A stretch of 64,000 nt of DNA, from positions 9,610,001 to 9,674,000 of the forward strand of contig CM022674.1 in assembly GCA_012295275.1 (NCBI GenBank). Direction: 5' to 3'. This DNA is from Chrysomallon squamiferum (taxonomy: Eukaryota; Animalia; Mollusca). The translations under genes and the position numbers were made by a program. The stretch's first letter is position 1, and the number at the start of each line of letters is the position of its first letter. The notes beneath the pieces are model-generated. The model searched no databases. It was not told the DNA's origin and saw only the letters and a program-made list of their open reading frames with translations. This document shows positions 15,601 through 28,090 of the stretch, piece by piece.

Positions 15601-16306
15601 CTCTGTTAAATAAAATATAATGCAAAACATATATGAAGAAATTATGCAACACAACAAAAATAAATAATAATAATTAAATAATTAAATGATTAATATTAAC
15701 ATTTTGCATAAAGGTATATTCATAATATTGCTATGGATGAACAGACATTCAATTAATGCCAGTTATCTCCTTTCCAAAATTATATTCTGAATATTAAAAC
15801 AAATTTTGAAATGAAATAAATTTAAGATATTGAATTTAAATTATCAATGTTTTGTAACCTTGCCATATGCCACCACGTATATAATTCAACAAAGCGCATT
15901 TATTAATAACATTATCTGTGACAAAGTGAATGTCACAAAACAACGTTATATAGTATATAGTAATATACTTAAAACTTATATACATCATTATCATTATTTA
16001 TATTATTTATTTTAATTTATTATTATTTTGACTTCTAACCTGTCCAAAAAATCCTACGAAAATATCTGATCTATCGAGTTCCCTTAAACAGATGCTTAAA
16101 ACTTGTGCATTATCAGCCGACTCTGCAGTTATACCCCAACGCATATCAACAGGCACAAACTGAATTCCTCGGCCATTACAGAGATGGTTGATTTGCGGAA
16201 AATACTTGCGAGTAAGTTCCTCTCTTTCTTCTTCCATTCCGCCAAATGGAGATGAGAAAAATATGCGACATGTTCGTGGATCTTTAAGTTTTTTTGTTGC
16301 AAACAT
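610..16306 (-). CDS. DUF4062-NACHT/STAND NTPase-TPR protein (NPHP3/TEP1/NWD-type architecture), 27 coding exons, ~1374 aa
   Basis: Phase-consistent GT-AG exons: 16306-16040, 15602-15417, 15054-14917, 14389-14351, 14035-13855, 13508-13371, 12529-12279, 11913-11752, 11484-11380, 10974-10907, 10208-10127, 9508-9369, 9117-9055, 7473-7425, 7082-6940, 6284-6125, 5510-5415, 5052-4901, 4579-4474, 4297-4148, 3864-3746, 3505-3361, 3189-3072, 2675-2432, 2113-1894, 1520-1017, 708-610 (total 4125 nt, ends TGA). DUF4062 motifs RIFFSSPFGGMEEERE, VDMRWGI, GQRYGW, SVTEIEF. Walker A GSAGSGKS, Walker B IIIVDA, WLP and NPLFL motifs. TPRs such as ADALQNLGLVSLDLCKYEEA and HPVIAVNYMNLGTLE. Confidence 0.9.
7875..9041 (-). 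mobile_element. Degenerate Tc1/mariner DNA transposon in intron 13 of the NACHT-TPR gene
   Basis: Frameshifted, stop-containing minus-strand Tc1 transposase pieces: RIHAQTVSNSLHAAGL, W..*FIDESRFCVQFVDGRCHVWR (~8400-8455), VWAIIYGGGKIDLVFIHGN, TAQHYCNKIITPVV. Imperfect terminal inverted repeats ccaaataagtttagcaa (~7882-7898) and ttgctaaatgattttgg (9016-9032). Confidence 0.85.
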
Positions 16307-16481
16307 GTTTAAGGACAACAAATTTTGGTGTGAAAAGTCACCACTGACCAACACATTATTTTAATTGTGTACTACTCCAAAACAAACATAAACATGACGA
16401 TAGCCAGCGTCATTCAAAAATAGCTAAGGATTATCTAAAATATGTTTTTTTCTTTGTTTGTTGTTGTCAACTGGAATCAAA

Positions 16482-16483
<2 letters not shown>

Positions 16484-16528
<45 letters not shown>
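16484..16528. repeat. (AAT)n microsatellite
   Basis: Direct read of the sequence. Confidence 0.95.
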
Positions 16529-16529
<1 letters not shown>

Positions 16530-16539
16530 GTTGTTACAT

Positions 16540-16793
16540 TGTACTATAATACGTCGAAACAGTTTTTTTCTTTTTCTATTTTTTTCAGTGTTTATTTATA
16601 ATAAATAACTGTTTAAAAATGTACTAATATCTTTAAAAACTCATTTTAATAAAATAATTTATTGTTTTTCTTCAGTTGGTTATTTGTTGATGTTCTTCTT
16701 CTTAATAGAACATTAAATAAATATCTATTATTGATTCCGCATTTTAACGCATCTGCATTAACCAATCAGTAACAAAGATACCGGTGAAACAAT
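16540..16793. promoter_or_regulatory. Putative bidirectional promoter between the NACHT-TPR gene and CPTP
   Basis: Divergent ATGs at 16306 and 16794 are 488 bp apart. CCAAT box aaccaatcag at ~16760 and locally retained CpGs. Confidence 0.55.
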
Positions 16794-18328
16794 ATGGCTG
16801 CTGCGAAGGATTTTGATATTGACCATTTGAAGAAATTATTTATCTGTTGCCGAAATGGAAACGATGGTCTGGATATGGATAGTTATGTGGATGCATACGA
16901 TGAGCTTTCAAAGTAAATAATATATTGTAGGAAATGATTAAAAAATAATAATAATACAAAATAATAATAATAATAACAATAATAATATATTAATAATAAT
17001 TATAATTATAATTATAATTATAATAATAATTATAATTATAATAATAATAATAATCATAATAATAAGGAAGAAAAGTTATTTAATCTAAATCAGTTGTTTT
17101 AACGTTAATGAATATAATTTTATTTTAGATAATAAAAACATAATGTTGTCTTGAATATACTGTGTACGCTTATAGACTACTCTTCATACTTTTGGCTAGA
17201 GACATGATTTCTGATAATGACACAAGTACATCCATATAAACAAATATTATTATTAGAAAGGGAGTATCCCTGTTTTAGTAAATACTGGATGAAAATGATT
17301 AAAAAATAATAATAATACAAAATAATAATAATAATAATAATAAGGCAGTAAAGTTATTTAATCTAAATCTACTGTTTTAATGTTAATATAATTTTATTTT
17401 AGATAATAAAACATAGTAATGTCTATACAATATACTGTGTACGCTCATAGACAACACTTCATACTTTTGGCTAGAGACATGATTTCTGATAATGACACAA
17501 GAACATCCATATAAACAAATAGTATTAGAAAAGGATTATCCGTATTTTAGTAAATACTGGATGAAATTTATTTTTCTTAAAAGAACAATAATTGTAACAG
17601 TTTTATTTATATTTGTCTTTTCTTAAATTTATTTTTGATTATAAAAGAATTGTAATTGAAGCTTCTACTCTCCTTACTACCACTAAAATTATTTTTTTAT
17701 TCATATTTTTTATATAAAATTGTAAAATGAAACTGTCATCTATTTCAACATAAAGATATAGGATTCAGCATTCTATTATACTTCTGACAATAGTCAGGTA
17801 TTCTTTAATTTTTTTTTTTTTTTATATAGAATGTTTCGAATTTTTGGCACAGTTTTCTCATTTGTTGCATCTGATGTTGATGATAAAGTTGCAATTCTTC
17901 GAGAGTACAGATCACTTCCAGAAAAGGAGGAATATAGAACAATCCACTCTATGATTGAGTTTGAAGTGAAAACTAAAACATATACCACAATGAAAGCATC
18001 TCGTACACTGCTCAGATTGCATCGGGCTCTAGAGTTTGTTCTTGAATTTATGGAAGAAATACGTGATGCAAATGATGATGTGAAAATGTCAGAAGTAGCA
18101 GCACGTGCCTATGACAAGACATTAGCTAAATTTCATCCCTGGTTGATCCGAAAAGGAGTTCATATTGCAGTTTACACACTGCCAAACAGAAAATCTCTTC
18201 GTCAAAAAATGAAAATTGCAGATGACAAGGCACCAGAAATTCTTGGTGCTTTGATAGATGTAGGACGTTTAATCTACAATGAAACTCAAGAATTATACAG
18301 TCAATATAGTTTATTAGATCTACCATAA
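16794..18328 (+). CDS. CPTP: Ceramide-1-phosphate transfer protein (GLTP-fold), 2 exons, 205 aa
   Basis: Exons 16794-16912 and 17830-18328 (phase-2 intron). GLTP-family motifs FSFVASDVDDKV, ASRTLLRLHRALEF (the Arg pair typical of CPTP/ACD11 rather than GLTP), FHPWLIRKGV, and C-terminal LLDLP. Confidence 0.92.
16931..17566. repeat. Tandem direct duplication (~360 bp and ~275 bp units) in the CPTP intron
   Basis: Both units start aaatgattaaaaaataataataatacaaaat, share cttcatacttttggctagagacatgatttctgataatgacacaag, and end gtaaatactggatgaaa. Confidence 0.93.
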
Positions 18329-19141
18329 TAATCTTCATAGAACCATTTTAATAAAAAAAATTATTTTACTTTCTCAATTATAACCTAATTATTTCAATTT
18401 ATATATTATATATGTTGTTAAAAACTGTCACCAATATGCACCATATTTATGATTATTATACAAATACTGATCTCATAATGGACATTCTAACAGTCTTAAC
18501 AAATTCCTTGTTGTGCCTTGTAGTTACTTATGAAAAAATAACACAACTTTTGACTGAACATTTTGTTATTGTTGAAATTATTTTGTTTGAATGCCAATGA
18601 TTGAAATACAGTTAGATTACAAAATATGCAGTGCTGTTTAATGAAAATACTGTTATATTTTATAAACTATTTGTGTTTGTAATTCATATCTGTGATTTGT
18701 AAATGAAATTGTTCAAAGTATTCATTTATGATTAAAAATGTAAGTTGTCAGGTAATCTTACAAAGTGTTTCAAGTGTGTCATCTAGATAAACAATTTCAA
18801 ATCAAAGAAATTTTTCAATTCCATATTAACATTATTTTTTTCTTTCTTTAAATTTTTATAAAGTTTGATCTTAGACTAGCAATTACAATATGATATTCTA
18901 TTCATTTATAATGCAACATTTCCTGATTCATAAAAATCTTATTGTACTCTAATTTTATTATTATTTTTTTTTTAATTAGGCTGCTATTCTTTTAGATTTA
19001 TTATTGAATAAAGTATTCAGTAACATTCTAAGAATAAAGTAATCTGAACATAAATTCTTTAGCTATTTTGCAGGAATAAATCAACTGACAATTATTCACA
19101 TTTTTTCCCCCATTATTGTCTACTTTTAAAAAAATATTTAA

Positions 19142-19178
<37 letters not shown>

Positions 19179-20452
19179 TGGCTAACACAAATGCTTTCTA
19201 AGAAATTACTATTGACAGTAATGTGTTGTGATACTAAATTTTAAAAGATCAATTGAAAAAACAAAAAAAGTGTTTCAGTTGTAAATTATTTACTGTTTTT
19301 AACAGGTTATTTATCCAGAGGAAAAGAGATAGATGTTACAAAGTAATATGTAATTCGGAGTATTTGGTTTTCCACTTTATGTTCTTTTTTATTTTCATAA
19401 TGATTATATTATTTCAATAAATTATTAAAATTTCATTAAAAAGGTTTATCTTTTTTTTTTTTTTTTTTTGAATGCAAAATATGTGCCTATTTCTTTATTT
19501 ATGTGAACAGATCCACATTTAAAACAAACCTCTTTATGATGTACTGTCACAAAAATTAAAAAGAGTAATACAAAAAAGAGTCTGAGTTATAGACACATTA
19601 TTAGCTAGTAAGTATTGCTGTTCTGGGACAAATCTAAGGCCCAAACTGAATTAAATTAAAAACAAAATACCTTTTGATCACTAAACATGACAAATAATTC
19701 AAGAATTAAGAAATCTTGTATATAAATAACATTCATTAAAATAGTGGTAAAATTTAGTGTTTGCATATATGATAAATAAGAAAAAGAGTTCCACATTTTC
19801 ATTCTTTAATCTGTAGTATTTTATTGTAATAATATAAAATGTGCTGGGAAACACTTGATCCTGGGTCAGGTAATTCTACAATTACGATATTTAATTAATT
19901 GTAAACATGCATTACATTGTAATACTGGTTAAGTTCATATTTGTTAATGTGATTCTTAATTATTATTAGTGTTGTTTAAAGTCTACATTCCTTCATAAAT
20001 GTTTCTCAGTTTTATTCATCGCCTTCCGATTCTTTAAAAAAAGAAAAAGAACGAAAAACCAGCAAAAGAAAAACAATGAATTATTTTATTAAAATGAATT
20101 TTAAAGATATTATTACATTTTAAAACAGTTCTTTATTATAAATAATAACTGAAATAAATACAGTCACACACTCGTCAATATATTTCTTGTTCACAATCAT
20201 TTGTATATTCTTAAGCATTTCACTGGTCTTTTAAAAAACTTCTACTAAATAGATGATGAGACATATTTCCCTCAATTCAGACACCTCTGAAAAGCAGACA
20301 TTTTATTTGGCTCCATGAATTTCTGATTAGAGGGTGTGTGTGTGTGTGTTTGTGTACAAAATAATAACTGAATTAACTACTGTAATAATGTCTGAATACA
20401 TCGAAAACAATCACTAACATATTTTGTTTGAAAAGTTGTTAACTCAATGAAG

Positions 20453-22005
20453 TTAAACTGATGTCTTTAAACTGCTTGTATTAGAATTGTCATCTTCAGT
20501 GTTCAAAAGAGGATCTTGCTGTTCTGTATTTTTTAATGTCCAGTCTCTAGAATATTCTTTTGCCTCGATTTTTTCAATCTGTATCTGAAAATACAATTCT
20601 GTACTTAATGATTAAAGTCAAATATTGAATTTATTTCAGAATGTTTATTAGAGGTTCCAGAATTGACCCCAAAGCCAAACATTTGCACCTTATAAACTGA
20701 TATCTGAGTTGATATTACTGATGTACATCTCTGAAACTTAAGTGAAATAATGTTTTGTCTCCCATCATATTAATCCTTAAAATAAGTCTACAATAATACA
20801 TGATGATGTCATGTTATAATGAAGACATAATACAAATTCTGGTGATAGTTATATAAACATTGTATGTTTTTAAAAAAGAAAATTTGGAAAATGACGTACC
20901 TTTTCTTCCTCACATTCTCTGACAGAATTGTTGGAATCACTTTGTACAGGGTTCACTTGAGAGTAAACTTTAGGTAAATCTGTTTGTTGAGAACTTACTG
21001 ACGTCTCCAGTTCGTCCATACATGAACTAGTCTTCACCATCTCACATGTCTGACTGCCACTAACAGAGGTGGAGGGAGGTGATGTACTGTCAAGCTGCCA
21101 TGAGGGCAACATAGGTCCTGTGGGTGGGGTTGGAGGGAACTGTCGTCTGGAAAGAAATTTATCTTTAAAAATATCTTGGAATATTTCATACATAAAAAAT
21201 TAAAAGGTGTTACAAAGCATATTACTAAATAGTTTCAAAGCAAAATACTAAAATTCAAAAATAAAAATACAGTGTTTTTTGTTTTAAATTAATGCTCTGT
21301 GCTGCTTTGGAATACCGCAATGATTTGATCACAGAATTGTAAGTTAACAAAAATAACTTCTCTAAATTTCAGATGTGGATAATTATATTTTGCCTCCCTC
21401 CACTGACAAATACATTTGAGGCTTAAAATTTTATCAAAGTACTGGCAGTGATGATCACAACAATAAAACTCTGGGACTGCCCTTCCCATAAATACCACTG
21501 ATACACTGACCATAACAAACAAACAAAAATAATGTATTTCTTGGTGGATTTCTTTTTTGCATTATAATTTCTGTCGATAAAACAATTCTCAATTCCATAA
21601 GGCAGCATAAGGAATAATATGGCCAAGTAGTTTATTTTGAACTGGATTTATAAACCTGTCAGATATTTATTAGTAAATAAAAGTCAATGAAGTTACTAAG
21701 ATAGTTATAGAATAAATAAAAAATTAAATTAACTAGCTAATTATTATTGCTATTTAAATATTTATCACATTATATTTTCTGAATTTACAATCATTTAAAG
21801 ATTTATGAGATTATGCAAATGAGCCCTTCTAAAATTAATGACAGCAAGTAAAAATATTTCCCATGCATTTCAATAAAAATGTTTCAGATAAATCTAACAG
21901 ATCAGTGGTAATACTGAGAAATACTGATGCATAATGTGAATAAAGACAGCATCAAAATTTACTAATCTGATTTTTTTACTTGACTTATTTTATTATTAAT
22001 TAATA

Positions 22006-22053
<48 letters not shown>

Positions 22054-23237
22054 GTATTTTTTTTTTTTTTTGTTGTTGTGTTCCTATGGAGACCACTTAA
22101 AATAATGTGAATATCTAATTACAAAGACACAATTCTGGTTCAAGTGCCACAATTCAAATTGTTTATTGGCTATAACAACTAAAACCAGGGAAAAACTATA
22201 ACTTAAAGCTTGAAAAATATTTTCAGTGGATTAATTCAGTGAGTATAAAAATTAAAATGACAATGATAATCTTGTAAAGGAGCTTTCCAACACCACCTCT
22301 TATTAACTGCATAATTTGGTAATAATAAACTATGCCACCACTTTGGAATTAGTATTGCATACTTTTGTTTAACAGGCAACATAATTATTCGTAAGATTAT
22401 CTTAGTCTCGTAACTGGAGGATAAATATAATCATAAATAACCAAAATCAGAAAAGTTAGCATCTCTGCATTTCACCAATCTTGATTATTCAAAGGATCAA
22501 TTATAAAATGTGTATTAGTACCTGCTGAGTAGAAGACCCTTCAGTGATACAACCTCTGTCTTGAGTTCTGCTAATAAATGTGATTCAGAGGTTTGTTCAA
22601 ATTTTTCTACATTCTGTGAACAAAAAGGAAATAAATCATATTCCATAAAGTACAAAAACTTTTAAGATAATTGTCTGTTTGCAAAATAAAACACCAGTAG
22701 AGAGATCAACAAAACATTTCTTTTTATGATGTGCACAACTATAATACTCTTTTAAATTTCATGATTACTTCTTCATAATATTGTGTATTCAATAAATTAA
22801 GCACAAATCAATTATTTTAAACAAATTGTGTTTTTTTTGTTTTATATTATCAATTAAAATGAAAATAATATACCTTTCTATTTATGAGTTTCTGTGATAA
22901 GTTCAGCATTGTTGCTTCTTGTGTTGTCAGTGATTCCTGGATAGTCTTTAGTATTTGCTGTATTTCACTTGTAATCTTTGTCTGTTCAGCAATACACTGC
23001 TCGGCTTTTTTTACACGTGCATCTTCGTCATTTGACTTTCCAATGAGCCATGGTTTTATATAAAACTGAAAATAATTACTATCCTGAACTTTAATATGAC
23101 TGAACATTATGAACACACAGTTATATTATCTTGTCTGAGAAAACATTACTTTATGAACTATAACATGTTTCAATAATTTAATCTTTTTTCTTTCAAGGAA
23201 TATAAGTCTGAAACAAAATAAACTTAGCAAGGAATGT

Positions 23238-23317
<80 letters not shown>

Positions 23318-25456
23318 CCAAATAATGTATTTTGAATACAGTCAACCAAAAACTAATTGAATTTTATTTGTCCTTTTTTTCTGGCTTTAAAACTAGAAAT
23401 TGTTAAATAAACTGTCAAAATGAAAAACTAACAATAGCAAAATGATTTAAGAAACCTCTATGAAGTAGTATTTCTCACTTTTTGAATGGACTTACGTGGT
23501 ATATTTTATATACTGCATATGCTACACTGGCTATAATAACTGCATTCAATGTATAATCTTTTGCTCTTGACCATACTGTGACAGGAACTGAAAATTGTTT
23601 AAACAACAAAGGCTAATGTCAGAATAGCAGATTAACAGAAAATCAGCAAAATGTTTTTCACTTTAAGAATATTTAAATTCAGTATTAATTTTTTTAATTC
23701 TGTTTTATACTGGATGAAGTACAAACTTGATCTATGATAAATATTTTGTGTTTTCATATTTAGTATTTATTTATTGTTTATCTTGGTTTTCTTGTTGTTC
23801 ATGCTGTTTTGAGTTACTCAAAATCTATTACATGTATTATGTATGTTGATTCAAGGTATAACAGGAGATTTTTTGTGCTCACATTTATCCTATTGTATCT
23901 CATAATATACATGGCTGAAAGGTCTATTCCTGCAAATTTCATGTGATTATGATTAATTCATAAAAATGAGTGCATATACCCTAAATTATTGCTTCTGTTA
24001 TCCTACATTTTTGGACTAAGTAATAACTGTAAAGTAACTTTATGCAACATTTTGTGTAAGAACTGCACATACTTTCTTTTCATATTTCATTTTACAAATG
24101 AAAATAATAATTATGAAAAAGCAACAGTATCATTCATTATTGTCAATTCAAATCTCACATAATAGCCACCTGGAACTGAATGCTGGTTAACCAATGGCAG
24201 ATGTCTAGGGTCAGGTTGTTGTTCATGCTGTTGAATTGAAGTACTGTCATTTTTTATTCCAGCCCTTTCTACTGCAATATCAATTTCTTCTTTAGTTAGA
24301 CCTTTCAAAAAAAATGGTTAAATTAATACCACATGGATATTTTCTTTTTAATTTTCTTTTGTTAATAAATTGTGAAAGCATTACTGAATTTAAGGATAAA
24401 TTTCATTTTTAGTGCCAAGATTGCATTTTTGGTAATACAAGATATAGAGAAACAATTTATTATATATTACCCCTTGAAAGACTGTAAATTGTTTTTTTCT
24501 ATCTATCTACATAATGTATGTATATGCACGAATGTATTTGTATTTGCAAACAATTGCATGAGTATCAGAAATGTTACCTTTTCTTTCTAGAAATGCCTTT
24601 TTCTGATATAAAGGACTTTGCCTGACTCTGACATTCTGCAAAAACTTAACAGCAGTTGAAATCTATAATAAATGAAAAAAGAAATACTTCTTATTTATTA
24701 TATTTATTGAATTTCATAATGACTCCTCATAACCAGATTCCAGAAGATTGTGTAGTGTGTATGTGTGTGCACATATACAAAATTGTAAAATTTCAATGAA
24801 ATCAGAGTTCAGTTTTACATATCATGTTTTATCTATTTCCAAATTTCAATTTTAAGCTGAATATTTGTGAAACAAAGTATTTTAAGTAAATGTCAAAAAA
24901 AAAAAAAACATTCAATATAACAAAAGCAAGTTTAAATCATTCTCTCAAGTTTGGAATATTTAGATATGTAACTAACACTTTAAGTAATATTCCCTGATAA
25001 AGTACTTAAATGCAAAGATAATTATTAAAATACAATTTTCACATAAATGTAATATATATAAATTGATTTATATATACAAACCAGATTTTCTCGTGGACTC
25101 TCAGTAGGTGCTAGCACATCTTTGGTAACTTCCACTGTCTGAAAAGACATTCATGATCTATCAATCACAGAAGAAAAAAAAATGTTACAAATATTCCAAG
25201 GAAATAATTTTGTTTATAGATATTAAATTGATCAGTGAATGTGGGTAAATTAAAATGTTGTCTGAATGATAATATTATTTCCAAAAAAATATTGCATTTT
25301 ATTCTTTTAGGACCACTATTCCTGCTGACTTGTTATATTTAATTTTCTGCATGCTCTACTGAGACCTGATTACAGTCGTTTTAAGTATGATTTTCACCTG
25401 TCATGAAGAAGGTATACTTTTTAATTGCAAATACAAAACCAATTTACTTTGTTGAT

Positions 25457-25510
<54 letters not shown>

Positions 25511-26774
25511 TTCATATACGTACTAATAAATGCAGGAAGAATGCACAACTTCTACAAAAACAATGTTTTGGTCAGCTATAAAAGATATTGCCTCCTCAGT
25601 ATTAGTATACAATTGTTTGTTTTCTATACTGTATTTTTAAGGTGTTATCAACTATTAGCATTTTTAATGTAGAAAATATTCAAACAAATGTTATTCACCT
25701 CTATGTAATAATTACTCTCCAACAAAACGCTGGATATCTAGGTTCAGATGTAATAACAGTATGTATTATGTACAATATAACATTTATCTTCTTTTTGATG
25801 GAGCTATGAACTAGCCTATTTGTATATCTTTTATTTATTTATTTATTTATTACTTTTTTTTTTTAATTCTCATTATTTATACTTATTATGTGCTGTATAT
25901 AAATTTATAAAAGTAATGTAATTCTATGGAGTTAAATAAATACAGAATCATAAAGTAATGTTAGGTAAAGTTAGGTCTTGACATACATTATATGTGTTAG
26001 TTTAGTGACATCATGACATGTATGTTGTTCACTGAGTCCCAATAAAATCTCACATATTTCTTGGCATTCTTCTTTAATGGTTTCTTAACTCTCTGAGACA
26101 GAGACATATTGGGTAATCACATATTAGGTCATTTTATTTGAATTAGTACTTCTACAGATCACCGTAGATTTATTAAGTTTCCGGTTGTAATATATTATAT
26201 AATATATAATATTATAATATAGCTACATGCTGCAATGACGCCTGTTAAAATTTGATAAAATTAAAACTGCTCTGGTAGCATTACACTTCTGATGAAATAC
26301 AAGGCAACACTTGCCATGCCTCCTAAAAATTAAATCATATCATTGTGTGTGTGTGTGCGTGTGTGTGTGTGTGTGTAACTTTATAATTAATAATTTTGGA
26401 AATTTCACCGCCACCCGAGTAGAAATGTTGCCTATTACACTGAGGGACATTGCTTACAAAGAAAATTTAATGAAAGTTGCAGTATTTGAGATATAATAAA
26501 TTACTCCAACATGTATTCTGAATTATTCATCAACAATCATTGTTTAACAGATTTTTCTGAGCTGGTGGGGCAGATGTTCGAAACCTGTCGTTGAATGAAT
26601 GGGCTTAAGTGCTCAAAATGTCTCCCGTTATATCAACCCAACTATAAAGTTAATCACGGGCAAAAAATTAATAAACAAATTATTTATTCGATTAATCATT
26701 TAATGATGTAAAACATCGAATGAATAAACCAAAATAAATGATAAATAAACTACCTTCTCTGTTTCATCTGCCAT
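20453..26774 (-). CDS. PEX14: Peroxisomal membrane protein PEX14, 9 coding exons, ~349 aa
   Basis: Exons 26774-26754, 25138-25082, 24662-24578, 24301-24170, 23587-23496, 23065-22874, 22613-22522, 21146-20900, 20584-20453. Pex14_N motif [43 protein letters not shown], a hydrophobic segment after WSRAKDY, a coiled coil, and the hallmark [13 protein letters not shown]...LPSWQL. Confidence 0.95.
23240..23314. repeat. (TA)n(GA)n compound microsatellite
   Basis: Direct read of the sequence. Confidence 0.95.
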
Positions 26775-26901
26775 TTTGAAGTTGGGGAATACTTAATGGT
26801 TCAAAGTTCAAAGCTACAATAATAATGGGCATTGACCAATCAAAATATCTTTTCCATCACTCGTATCAGTTATATCGAGAGGAAAGAATAACTACTTTCA
26901 G
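26775..26901. promoter_or_regulatory. Putative bidirectional PEX14/DFFA promoter and DFFA non-coding first exon
   Basis: CCAAT box gaccaatcaa at ~26834. A plus-strand donor cag|gtaaat at 26901/26902 can splice to the acceptor ttacag| at 28052/28053, just upstream of the DFFA ATG. Confidence 0.55.
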
Positions 26902-27677
26902 GTAAATCACTAAATGTGTTTGTTAATTTCGTCAACTTTGATTTCATGAAATCTCTAAACTCAGAACTGTGTAATTACTGCAGCAAAATAGTGTTAAATT
27001 TCACAACATTACTGGACACACAGACACGAAGAATGAGAATGTGTGACTGTTAATATGGACTGTAGCTTAGCGTATACTCTCACACTGATATATATTTTTT
27101 TAAATAATAATTCTTTTGATGACCCCTTTTAAGATTATGCAAATTTTTAATTTAAGTTAAAATGGCACGATTCAGGCTCAGGTACCATGAATCTTAATAT
27201 TCTTTCATTTACAGGCAGTAAAAACAAAATAATAATAATAAATAAATAATTTTTAAAAACCAAAAAAAACAAACAACCGGGGCTACAAACGTACGAAGGG
27301 TTGGCTGTTAAACTGAGTTCATTCAGTGAATACAAAAATGAAAATGAGCATGAGTTTAAGTTTATAACCACGTTTTAAGCACCGCATTGAAATAACTGAA
27401 TAGGTATATTTGTTGTTTTCTCTGTCCATGTAATGCACAACATTCAAAGTTCAATTTTAGGGCAAGCTCAACAAAATCACTGAAAATCCTACAGGACCTT
27501 ATTTTATAAGAAACTTTTATTGGTCGTCAGTCTGTTAATATATTTAAAGATTATATCATCTCTTATTAACTGCTTAATTCAGACATTACAAAATATGCCA
27601 GCAACTTGGAATTAGCACTACAGACTTCTTTTTTATAGCCAGAACATAATTATTTATAGGATCATCTTAGATGCATC

Positions 27678-27790
27678 GTTGGGGTACTGGACTGTAAAAA
27701 TCATAGTACAGAGTGGTTCATTCCTGCAGTATAACAATCATTGTCTTACAGACTGGCTGACATTTTCTAGTCACCCACATCAGATATTTG
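27678..27790 (+). mobile_element. Possible degenerate tRNA-derived SINE remnant
   Basis: tRNA-like head pieces (tactggactgtaaa...ggttcattcc, B-box-like) with no foldable cloverleaf. Confidence 0.25.
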
Positions 27791-28090
27791 AATGCTTCAA
27801 TCTGTGGTGAATACGTATAATAAAATAGAGTTCATTCCATTATCATGATTATGTGTTAAACTTATAAGGTAGATTATAGGTGTTAACTGGTTCTCAGTAT
27901 TGATGAGGTGTAATAAACTTAGTTCAGATATTTCACATAACGTGAGCATCATTTCAGTAATAATGTAAAATTGTTACAAATTTTAGTGAAAGTCACCATG
28001 GGATTTTTTTTTAATCAATTGTTATTACTATTATTATATATTTAAATTACAGGTGAAAGCATAAAAATAAAAAGCAGAAACACAAATTCA

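Noticed and set aside
22000-22052. (AAT)n(ATT)n palindrome (also ~63165-63250)
   Set aside because: Abutting inverted microsatellites. Cruciform-prone, but common and without evidence of function.
26560-26650. tRNA gene (B-box-like gttcgaaac)
   Set aside because: No A-box spacing or cloverleaf. At most a decayed SINE.
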